A DNA stretch of 11,606 nt from Fonticula alba ATCC 38817 (GCA_000388065.2 KB932217.1); one strand, 5' to 3'. Shown: positions 1 to 8,006, numbered from the stretch's first letter. Notes: generated by a model not told the origin, from the letters alone. Program-made: numbers and translations.

Positions 1-98
1 CCCCCCCCGCCCCTCCCACCGCCACATGCCGAGCGCCGGTCACTGACGTTCCGCACCCTCGAAATCTGCCGGCGGCCCGGCGGCCCATGCGCGCGCAG
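1..98 (+). other. 3' part of a spliceosomal intron preceding the Cys-rich exon
   Basis: C-rich start, branch-like CACTGAC at 41-47 and acceptor GCAG ending at 98. An in-frame TGA at 44-46 blocks simple upstream extension of the 134..805 ORF. Confidence 0.5.
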
Positions 99-805
99 CC
101 CTGCTCACGCGAGCCCTCTGGCCCCGGCTGGACATGCATGCACGCGGCGGGGTGCTGGACATGTGCGCCGAGGCCCAGCGCACCGGGCTGGACTACCGGG
201 CCCGCAAGTCGGACACCTGCCAAAATAGCACCACCTGCCTGGAGGACTGCGCGGTGTACACCTACCTGGAGGCGGTGTGCGACCGCGGCACGGACCAATG
301 CTTCCTGGAGATGGCGGCCGTGCACACGCGCTGTCCCCCGGGCACCGGGGCCCGGGATCTGATGGACTCGGTGTCCTACGATTGCCAGGCCACGGTGGTG
401 GTGCCGGATGAGTGGGACTCCGGCAGCGGCAGCGCCCTGCCCCCGGGGCCGCACCCCCGGCCGACCGATCCCCAGCCGAACCGCCTCTGCCCCGAGGGGA
501 CCCCCACCACCGAGGAGGACCTGCTGCGGTTCTGCACCTCGGCCGAGGACGACTGCTCCAAAATCTGCGCCTCCGTCAAGAGCGACTACCACTATTGCAC
601 CGAGCCGACGCTGGCCCGGTGCCAGGAGCGCATGCTCCACTACATCGACCGGTGCCAGGAGGCCAGCCCCGACTCGTATGCCACCAGCATGAAGGACTTC
701 TGCAATGGGGCCGGCGGGCCTGGCGGCCTGGCCGCCGGCCGGCCGGCTCTCCTGCTGGGCCTCCTGGCCAGCGCCCTTGCGATGGGGCTGCTGCTGGTCG
801 GGTGA
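99..805 (+). CDS. Terminal exon of a Cys-rich, probably GPI-anchored cell-surface protein with two 8-Cys modules (5' exon probably upstream of the window)
   Basis: ORF 134..805 is strongly GC3-biased and has 16 Cys in two blocks of 8 with matching spacing, separated by a Ser/Gly/Pro linker. It has an NST sequon and ends in a small-residue site (CNG-AGG), a spacer and a 19-aa hydrophobic tail (ALLLGLLASALAMGLLLVG) with no cytosolic tail. No signal peptide follows M134, consistent with an upstream exon. Confidence 0.8.
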
Positions 806-951
806 TGCCGGGCTGGCGCCGCCGCCGCCGCCCGGGCCCGGGTGACGGCGAGCGGGCGCAGGGGACAGGCGCATGGCCACGTGCGCGCCGGTGCCCCTGG
901 TCCCCGGTGTCCCGCGGGAGAAGGGGAGAGCGAGCGGGCGAGCGAACGAGT

Positions 952-990
952 GAGAGAGAGAGAGGGAGAGAGAGAAAAAGAGAAATAGAG
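952..990 (+). repeat. (GA)n-rich purine microsatellite
   Basis: gagagagagagagggagagagagaaaaagagaaatagag. Confidence 0.85.
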
Positions 991-1129
991 CGAAAGTGGG
1001 TGCCTCGGAAAAGGGCAGGCCTTTTTCTTGAGGCGGTGGCCGGGGCCCGAAGACGCTGACCCTCGGGCCCCGGCGCCCGGGCCCCCCCCTCCCCGCCCCT
1101 TCCCGCGGAGCCGCGCAGACTCGCGAGGA

Positions 1130-1135
1130 AATAAA
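1130..1135 (+). promoter_or_regulatory. Candidate polyadenylation signal of the Cys-rich gene
   Basis: AATAAA in a rare A-rich patch ~325 nt after the TGA at 805. Confidence 0.4.
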
Positions 1136-1406
1136 AAAGCAACACGCACAGCAAGATCGGGGCCGTCCGGTGGCACTTCATCCATGGTCGGCGGGGCCGC
1201 CCGGGGCACGGTTTGGTTGGGTGGGATCGAACGGGGGGGGGGGGGGCGGGCAGGCCGCGGGTGCGGGGTGCTCTCTTGCTGAGGGGCGCCCCTTTTCGGC
1301 CGGCCTGCTCGAACCAGGCGCCAGGGCACGCCGCACACCGTGCTCCTCCCCTTGTCCCCTTTCTTGCGCCTTCTCCCGCCTCGCTCCCAGACCGGGGCCC
1401 CTATTT

Positions 1407-1470
1407 CACACACACACACGCACACGCACACGCACACACGCACACACGCACACACGCACACACGCACACG
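1407..1470 (+). repeat. (CA)n/(CACACG)n microsatellite immediately 5' of the paralog A start codon
   Basis: cacacacacacacgcacacgcacacg... runs up to 1 nt before the ATG at 1472. Confidence 0.9.
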
Positions 1471-2626
1471 GATGCTCACCGCGTGTGGTCGCGCCGCAGT
1501 GGCCGGCGTCCGAGCCGGCCGCCTCGCCCGGATAGCCACCCCCCCGGGCGTCCGGTGGGCATGTAGCGGCCCGGGCCGGGCCTCGGTGGCCTCGATGGCC
1601 TCGGTGCCGGCCCACCGCGGGGAGTCGCTGGTGCAGGACATCCAGGCCGGCCGGGCGCCCCTGCCCCGGGGGTTTGACAGTGCCCGGGACTTCTGGGTGT
1701 TCTTGCGCCTGGCCGGGCTGTCGCATCCCAGCCTGCCGGCCAACCATGTGGCCCGGCTGCTGGGGCTGGACCGGGCCTCGACCGAGGTGCTGCTGTCGCG
1801 GTATGCCCATGACTTCGGCATCCCGGCCCCGCGGTCGCTGGTCCTGGAGCAGATCGGCCAGGAGCATGTGGACGACCTGCTGGGGCTGTTCCGGCGGGAT
1901 CCGCCGGTGGTCGGGCAGACGCTGGCCCGGCTGACGGGCCTGACGCCGGGGGCGGCCGACGACCTGCTGAAGCGGCACCTGGCCCCGGACGAGTACCGGC
2001 AGCTGCCGGGGCTGGAGATGGCCGTGTCGCTGGCCCGGCTCCGGGAGCTGCTGACCGTGGCGCCGACCCTGCCCCTGGAGCAGATGGCCCTGCTGCTGAG
2101 CGCCTCCTGGCAGGCGGTCTCCCGGGCCATTGGCCAAAGCCTGCCGCAGTATCAGAAGCTGCTGCCGAGGCACATCGGCGAGCAGCAGATCGCCCGGCTG
2201 CAGGAGATCCTGGCCCGGCCCGGGGAGCCGCCCTCCCCGGAGGCCATCATGCAGTATGCCAAGATCAGCTCCACGCAGCTGCAGCATGTGGGCCCGCATG
2301 TGGACCCGGGGTTTGTGATCCGCGCGCGGGGTCCCCTGTCGGAGCATGCGTAGGCCATCCTCCACGAGCAGGTGGCCGCCCGGCGCACCGTGGCCAGCCT
2401 GGCCTCCATGACGGGCATCGATGGCGCCGACATCCGGTGGTACCTGCGGTACTACTCGCCGACGACCCTGGTCCCGGAGTCCAACTGGACCCCGCTGGGC
2501 GAGGCCCCGGCGGAGCTGCAGTATGGCCGGCTGACCCTGCACCAGTATCTGACGCAGCGCCTGCCGGAGGGGTCGCCCGTGGCCGCCCTGGCCCGGGCGG
2601 CCATCTTGCCCGTGGGTGACAAGGGC

Positions 2627-2898
2627 CCGGCCCCGGCAAGAGTAATGGCATCGGCGCCGGCAACAGTAATGGCATCGGCATCGGCGCCGGCATCGGCATC
2701 GGCCCCGGCCCCGGCATCGGCCCCGGCATCGGCCCCGGCATCGGCCCCGGCATCGGCCCCGGCATCGGCATCAGCATCAACATTAGCGCCGGCATCAGCA
2801 TCAACATTAGCGCCGGCACCGGCATCAACATTAGCGCCGGCACCGGCATCAACATTAGCGCCGGCACCGGCATCAACATTAGCGCCGGCACCGGCATC
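2627..2898 (+). repeat. Coding minisatellite: 12-bp (ASAP) and 24-bp (STLAPAPA) tandem units in the paralog A linker
   Basis: Five 24-nt units RGCATCAACATTAGCGCCGGCAYC at 2773-2892, preceded by CCGGCATCGGCC-type 12-mers. The array is absent from paralog B. Confidence 0.9.
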
Positions 2899-3090
2899 GG
2901 GTCCGGTCACTTCCGTCACCTGGCCACTGGGTGTCGTGCTGCTTGGCCTCCGGCCGATGCCGACACCCACCGAGGTGGCCGCACATGTCGGGGGCCTGCC
3001 GCGGGATATCTCGTCCTTGCGGCTCCAATGGCCGGAGATATACCATCCGAAGTCACGCTCGGCACTCTCGCTGTCGAATGACGAGATTCG

Positions 3091-3434
3091 GGCCCTCCGG
3101 CGCCTGGGCGGCGAGGTCCACCCGGCCGGCGGGCGCATGCGCCACACGGTCCGGGAGATTGCCCGGGCGATGGACCTGCCGCCGGATCGCACGTACTGCC
3201 TCCTGCACCGGTACTGCCCGGAGTACTTCTTCCTGGCGCTGCCGGCGGAGGCCGGGTCCGGGCCCGGGGGGATGTACGTGCCGGAGGGCAAGCTGGGCGA
3301 GCTGGTGTCGGCGGTGATCGGCCGGCACCCGGCGCCGATCCTGCACCAGGTGGCGGCGGATCTGGGGTGTGCCCTGCCGCAGGTGGTGAACTCCCTGCGG
3401 GCGCATGCCAGCCAAGCCGGGCTGCCCTTCAAGG
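3091..3434 (+). repeat. Near-identical segment shared with 5606-5949 (offset 2515)
   Basis: 3091-3414 vs 5606-5929 differ at only 3 positions (3110/5625, 3326/5841, 3406/5921). A few more mismatches follow to 3434/5949. Confidence 0.95.
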
Positions 3435-3637
3435 TGCCCTTCTTCGCCAAGCACAGCACGTTCCGGCGCTATGAAATCATCCAAGCGCGGAGGAGCTTCC
3501 CGCACGCTACCCTCCAAGAGCTGTCTCAGACTCTGGGCATCACTCGCCAGACCCTCGCCAGGGAGTTGGCCAATGCCGATGCCTAGGCCGAGGCCCGGCG
3601 CCCGGTCTCCACCCGGGCACGAGGCCCAACCCGATAG

Positions 3638-3672
3638 ATACACGCACACGCACACGCACACGCGCGCACACA
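3638..3672 (+). repeat. (CACACG)n microsatellite between the paralogs
   Basis: tacacgcacacgcacacgcacacgcgcgcacaca. Confidence 0.8.
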
Positions 3673-4025
3673 TGCCAGGGAGATGTTGGTGGCCCGCCGC
3701 CCCCGGGAGAGGGGGTGTCCGCTTGACCGCGGAGAGCATCGGGGCCGGGCGCGGGACGGAGGGGGGGGGGGGGGGCAAACGCGCGCGCATGCACGCACGC
3801 GCACGCCCGTGCGTGGGCAGTTGGTGGGCATCAGCGCGCAGGGGACCACCCAGCCGGGTGGGAAAAAGAGGAGCCGGGGCGCCCTTCTCCGGCCGGGCTG
3901 GGGCAGAAATTCTTCTCGGCCCCTCCCCCCCCCCCTCTTTCTTTCTCGCGTCCCCCCCCCCCTCTTTCTTTCTCCTCCCTCTGGCTGTTCTCGCCCCTCA
4001 TCCAACACACCACCATCTTTGAAGC

Positions 4026-6095
4026 ATGCTCTCGCGCGCTCGGCTCGGCCTGGGCATCGGGGCCCGGGCGACGGGCTTGGGTGCCCGGCCGGGGCATTTG
4101 GCCGGGGCTCCGGCCGGCGTCCTCGCAGGTGCCCGGTGCCGGGCCGGCCTGACCGGCGCCGCGACATCACACAGCCCCCCGGCGCCGGGCTCGGCCGAAT
4201 GGCCAGGAAGCCCCTCGCGCGGGGGCGGCCAGCCCGGCGCCAGGGCCGGGCCCGCCCCCACGGCCACCACCCCCTGGTACGTGGGGTCCGTGTCCGCCGG
4301 CGAGCACCTGGTCCAGGCCATCAAGGATGGGAAGACCCCCCTGCCGCAGGGGTTCGACTCGGTGGAGGACTTCCACCTGCTGCTGCGGCTGGCCGGGACG
4401 CCCGGCAGCAACCGGCCGCTGGCCGACGATGGGACCATCGGCCGGCTGCTGGGCATGGACCGGCTGTCGGTGCAGGCCCTGCTGGCCCGCTACGCCGGGG
4501 TGTATGGGATCCCGCCGCCGGCGCGCACGCCGCGGCCGAGGTCCCTCATCCTGAAGGACCTGACGTGGCTGGTCCAGCGGGACCCGCCGGTTTTCGGCCG
4601 GCTGCTGGGCCGGCTGCTGGGCCTGTCGGCCAGCCAGGTGGAGCAGCTGCTGGCGAAGCACCTGCCGGAGGTGGACCCGGCCAGGGCCGAGCATTTGTGC
4701 CTGGCCCGGCTGCGGAAGCTGGTGACCGTGGCCCCGGCGTTGTCGGTTGACCAGCTGGCGCTGCTGCTGTCGTCCTCGCGCGACCGGGTGGCCCTGGCCG
4801 TGCAGCAGCACATGCCGGAGTACGGGAACTTCGTGGTGCCCAAGGTGCCGCCCGGGCGGCTGGCGGCCCTGCGAAGGGCGCTGGCCGACCCGGCGGAGCC
4901 GCCCCTCTCGCACGTGGAGATATGTGCCCGGGTCGGCATCAGCAAAAGCACCATGGATCTCCATGGCCCGGAGCTGCATTCGGAGTATGTGATCCGGCAG
5001 TATGGCGGCCTGCGGCCGGAGCAGCTGCGCCTGCTGGTGGACCTGCTGCTGGAGCGCCAGTGGAGCATCGCCGACATGGGCGTCGAGCTGGGCATGCCGG
5101 CGAACCGGCTCCGGTGGTACATCAAGCACTACTACCCGAAGGTGGTGCTGCCGCTGCGGAATTGCCAGCCCGTGTGGCAGCTGGCCCCGCCGGAGGACTT
5201 CGGCCAGCTGACCCTGGCCGAGTATACTCGGCGCTTTTTGCCGGCCGAGTCGCCGGTGCACCAGGCCCCGGACGATGAGACCCTGGCCCGGCTGGGCACC
5301 ACCTTGGCCACCAGCAGGGACTGTGACCCTGCCTCCGTCAGCAACATGGTCCCCTCGTTCGACCCGGATGCGCATGCGACCGCCCCGGGTGGGGACTTGC
5401 GCCTGCTGGCCCCGAACTTTGATCGGGGCTTCCGGCAGCGGCTCCGGGCCCTGGTGGGCCTTCGGCCGCCGCTGGCCGACACCGAAATGTCCACCCAGCT
5501 GGGCGTGCCGGTTGCGGTCATCGTTCGGCACATAGTCACCCCGGAGTTGGGCCAGCTGGAGCATGATTACCATACGGCGCTGGCCCTGGGGACGGAGGAA
5601 ATTCTGGCCCTCCGGCGCCTGGGCAGCGAGGTCCACCCGGCCGGCGGGCGCATGCGCCACACGGTCCGGGAGATTGCCCGGGCGATGGACCTGCCGCCGG
5701 ATCGCACGTACTGCCTCCTGCACCGGTACTGCCCGGAGTACTTCTTCCTGGCGCTGCCGGCGGAGGCCGGGTCCGGGCCCGGGGGGATGTACGTGCCGGA
5801 GGGCAAGCTGGGCGAGCTGGTGTCGGCGGTGATCGGCCGGTACCCGGCGCCGATCCTGCACCAGGTGGCGGCGGATCTGGGGTGTGCCCTGCCGCAGGTG
5901 GTGAACTCCCTGCGGGCGCACGCCAGCCAGACTCGGCTGCCCTTCAAGGCGCCTTCCTATGGGCGACACCCGTGTGCGCGTGTTTTCGAACTCGAGCAAA
6001 TCAAGAAAGAGAAGCCCGACATCTCTCCTAGCGCCATCTGCCTGCTGGCCAACATCAACTCAAAGCAACTGATTGAATGCCGGCCCTTCCTATAG
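4026..6095 (+). CDS. Multi-HTH array protein, paralog B (689 aa), with a putative mitochondrial presequence
   Basis: Uninterrupted ATG..TAG ORF with strong GC3 bias. About 9 HTH-like motifs, e.g. TIGRLLGMDRLSVQALLARY, SHVEICARVGISKSTM, SIADMGVELGMPANRLRWY, TVREIARAMDLPPDRTYCLLHRY. The N-terminus MLSRARL... has no acidic residue until E58. Colinear homology to 1472-3586. Confidence 0.88.
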   Translation: MLSRARLGLGIGARATGLGARPGHLAGAPAGVLAGARCRAGLTGAATSHSPPAPGSAEWPGSPSRGGGQPGARAGPAPTATTPWYVGSVSAGEHLVQAIKDGKTPLPQGFDSVEDFHLLLRLAGTPGSNRPLADDGTIGRLLGMDRLSVQALLARYAGVYGIPPPARTPRPRSLILKDLTWLVQRDPPVFGRLLGRLLGLSASQVEQLLAKHLPEVDPARAEHLCLARLRKLVTVAPALSVDQLALLLSSSRDRVALAVQQHMPEYGNFVVPKVPPGRLAALRRALADPAEPPLSHVEICARVGISKSTMDLHGPELHSEYVIRQYGGLRPEQLRLLVDLLLERQWSIADMGVELGMPANRLRWYIKHYYPKVVLPLRNCQPVWQLAPPEDFGQLTLAEYTRRFLPAESPVHQAPDDETLARLGTTLATSRDCDPASVSNMVPSFDPDAHATAPGGDLRLLAPNFDRGFRQRLRALVGLRPPLADTEMSTQLGVPVAVIVRHIVTPELGQLEHDYHTALALGTEEILALRRLGSEVHPAGGRMRHTVREIARAMDLPPDRTYCLLHRYCPEYFFLALPAEAGSGPGGMYVPEGKLGELVSAVIGRYPAPILHQVAADLGCALPQVVNSLRAHASQTRLPFKAPSYGRHPCARVFELEQIKKEKPDISPSAICLLANINSKQLIECRPFL
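5606..5949 (+). repeat. Second copy of the near-identical segment (partner 3091-3434)
   Basis: Direct base-by-base comparison, offset 2515. Confidence 0.95.
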
Positions 6096-6120
6096 ACATG
6101 AACCACCGTTCGCTGATGTC

Positions 6121-6243
6121 AGCATGTGTGCCTGTGAAGCCATGTTTCTGTGAAGCCATGTTTCTGTGTGCATGTCTATGTGTGTATGTGTGTGTGTGTG
6201 TGTCCGTGCTCTTGTGGTGCCGTGTTTGTATGTGTGCGTGTAT
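6121..6243 (+). repeat. (TG)n-rich tract 3' of paralog B, including a perfect 16-bp tandem duplication
   Basis: CTGTGAAGCCATGTTT x2 at 6132-6163, followed by gtgtgtatgtgtgtgtgtgtg. Confidence 0.85.
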
Positions 6244-6522
6244 GCTTTTCTTATTCCTCCAAGTGACCGCCTAGCTGCAGGGGCCGATGTCCGCGGAGGG
6301 GACGGTCCTCGCGTCCCGGGCACCGCCCTGTGTGCTGTATAGTGGGAGGGGGGGGGGGGGCGTGTGTACGACTTGGCGCCCGCGGGAGGAGACAGGTGGG
6401 TGGACGTCGCCGGCAGTGGCCGGGGCGCGCCCCCCCCCCCCCCCCCCCCCGCCCCCCCCCCCCCCCCCCCCCCCCCCCAAGCCAGCAGACGAAGTCGGTG
6501 CGAGCTGGGAAAACACCCGCAG

Positions 6523-6724
6523 ATGCCAACGGACCTGTTCACGATCAACAACACCGACGCCCCCTCGCCGGAGAGGCGCACGCGCAGCCGGGCCTTCGAG
6601 CTGAGCGGCAACTGCGCGGTCNNNNNNNNNNNNNNNNNNNNNNNNNNNNNNNNNNNNNNNNNNNNNNNNNNNNNNNNNNNNNGGTTTTCCCAGGCCCTCC
6701 AGGGGCCGATGCGGGCGTGCTTCC
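6523..6724 (+). CDS. Possible coding exon of an unidentified gene spanning the assembly gap (strand uncertain)
   Basis: After a poly-C tract, CCCGCAG|ATG opens MPTDLFTINNTDAPSPERRTRSRAFELSGNCAV...FSQALQGPMRACF with near-100% GC3, ending at a possible GTAGGC donor at 6725. The minus frame sharing the same third positions (TAQLPLSSKARLRVRLSGEGASVLLIVN) is also open and has its own possible splice sites. Confidence 0.35.
6622..6682. other. Assembly gap (61 N)
   Basis: Run of N. True length unknown. Confidence 0.99.
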
Positions 6725-7741
6725 GTAGGCCGGAGGGGCGTGTCCGCCTTCGCGGCTGCGCACGTGCGCGCGCGCGCCCCCCCCCCCCCCCCCCCGGTGG
6801 TCGCCCTCCTGTGCTGCCTACGGCGTGCGGGCGAGGCTGCGCGAGGGTGTCAGCCGGTCGCGGCATCGAGGCGCAGGCAGGTCCATGCTTCACCCGATGG
6901 TTGGCTTGCCTTCGCGCGGGCCCGGCCCGTCCGGTGACCAGCACGGGCTGCGGCGAGGCCGTCGGATGCACACCCACACCCACACCCACACCCACGCCCC
7001 TCTCGGGGTACGCTCGATAGGCCGGCCCGGGCCCGGGCCCGGGCGGCGAGCATCGGTGCATGCGCGGCCCGCCTCGCCGGGCCCCGGGAGGAAGAGACAA
7101 CCCACCGGGGGGGCACACCGGGGCTGTCATGTGTGCGGGATGTGCATGCTGCTTTGCCCGGCCCGGGGTCGGTGGCTTGCCTGTGACAGGCTGACCCGCC
7201 TGGGGGTGGCCATGGGACCCAAAGAGAGGCCGGGGGCGAGAGGCAGGCGGGGGCACCGGCGCTCGGGCGCTGCGGAGCTGCCCCTCGGCAAGGGGCCCTT
7301 TCTTCCCCTGCCGCCGTGTGTCTGGCGGTCGGTGGTGGCGGCGAAGCCCTTGGCTCCAGGAGGGGGGGGGGGGGGCCTTGCGAATGCCCCGCACTTGGCG
7401 TCATGGCTCGATGCCGGCGGGCCACCACCAAGGCGGGGAGGCGCGAGGATCGGGGCCGGGCCGTCCTCCCTGGGGCATGCCGGTCGCGGCCGCGCCCGGC
7501 GTGGCCCTTCGTGCTGGCGGTCGGCCTGATATTGTGCGCGCCCCCCGCGGCCGCACGCGCGCATGTACGGACTACGGGCCGGGCGCCGGTGGGTGGCCGG
7601 CCGGGGAGGACCACCGCCCGGCCTCTGCGGGTGCCAAAGCACGCGCGCCCATCCCGGGGCCCGATCGGTCGGCGGGCCGGCTTCGGTGTCCGGCCGCGAG
7701 GGAGGGGGGGGGGAGATCGGAGGGGCGCCGGTGCCGGGGGC

Positions 7742-7745
7742 AAAA
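7742..7745 (-). terminator. RNA polymerase III terminator (T4) of the tRNA gene
   Basis: TTTT on the minus strand ~12 nt downstream of the tRNA discriminator base. Confidence 0.6.
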
Positions 7746-7757
7746 GGAGAACAGAGA

Positions 7758-7830
7758 AGCCCACTGTGGGGCTCGAACCCACGACCCTGGGATTAAGAGT
7801 CCCATGCTCTACCAACTGAGCTAAACAGGC
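7758..7830 (-). tRNA. trnK-CUU: tRNA-Lys, anticodon CUU, intronless, 73 nt
   Basis: The reverse complement folds as a cloverleaf: GCCTGTT TA GCTC AGTTGGTA GAGC A TGGGA CT-CTT-AA TCCCA GGGTC GTGGG TTCGAGC CCCAC AGTGGGC T. Typical eukaryotic A and B boxes. Confidence 0.97.
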
Positions 7831-7986
7831 TTGTCTGAGCAGATCGGTGTGCGTGCGACATAAGAACGAGGGGCATTTTGCGGGCCGGCGATCGGGCCGC
7901 GGCCGGTGCCGGCGCCCCAGGACGTGTGCCGGCGCCGGCCGGGGTCCGACGAGCGGGGACACCCCGAATGGAGGCCGCGAAATGCA

Positions 7987-8006
7987 AATAAAGCACCTTA
8001 TTTATT
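7987..8006. promoter_or_regulatory. Back-to-back AATAAA hexamers on both strands (candidate bidirectional poly(A) site)
   Basis: AATAAA at 7987-7992 (+) and TTTATT at 8001-8006 (AATAAA on -), in an AT island within very GC-rich DNA. Confidence 0.35.

Larger units (their letters stand above)
1472..3586 (+). pseudogene. Multi-HTH array protein, paralog A (~704 aa if read through), interrupted by an in-frame TAG at 2351-2353; pseudogene, readthrough gene or assembly error
   Basis: ORFs 1340..2353 and 2372..3586 lie in the same frame and are separated only by TAG. Both halves align colinearly with paralog B across the stop (VIRARGPLSEHA*AILHEQVAARRTVASLASMTGIDGADIRWY vs VIRQYGGLRPEQLRLLVDLLLERQWSIADMGVELGMPANRLRWY). 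About 9 HTH-like motifs, e.g. ATLQELSQTLGITRQTLAREL. The first in-frame ATG is at 1472. Confidence 0.75.

Noticed and set aside
1340-1471. ORF-track N-terminal extension of paralog A (MLLPLSPF...HTHTHT)
   Set aside because: It begins at a non-ATG codon and translates the (CA)n microsatellite. ATG 1472 matches the paralog B start position better.
2331-2353. A micro-intron (GT...TAG, 23 nt) removing the internal stop
   Set aside because: Poor donor, no branch site, it would shift the frame, and it would delete residues that align with paralog B.
640-2542. Long minus-strand ORFs 640..2130 and 1406..2542
   Set aside because: Antisense shadows of GC3-rich paralog A that run through microsatellites. 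Low-complexity Arg/Pro/Gly content and no independent motif.
2773-2892. 24-bp repeats as a CRISPR array
   Set aside because: The units are head-to-tail with no unique spacers, are in-frame coding, and lie in eukaryotic DNA with no cas genes.
4167-5999. 610-aa minus-strand ORF
   Set aside because: Antisense shadow of paralog B. Stops are rare in such GC-rich coding DNA.
1472-6095. HTH genes as intact transposases or a mobile element
   Set aside because: No DDE/D catalytic domain, terminal inverted repeats or target-site duplications are visible. Only the HTH motif resemblance remains, so distant domestication is not excluded.
7758-7830. The tRNA as an amber suppressor or pyrrolysine tRNA explaining the UAG at 2351
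   Set aside because: The anticodon is clearly CTT (Lys), not CTA, and the structure is a standard cytosolic tRNA.
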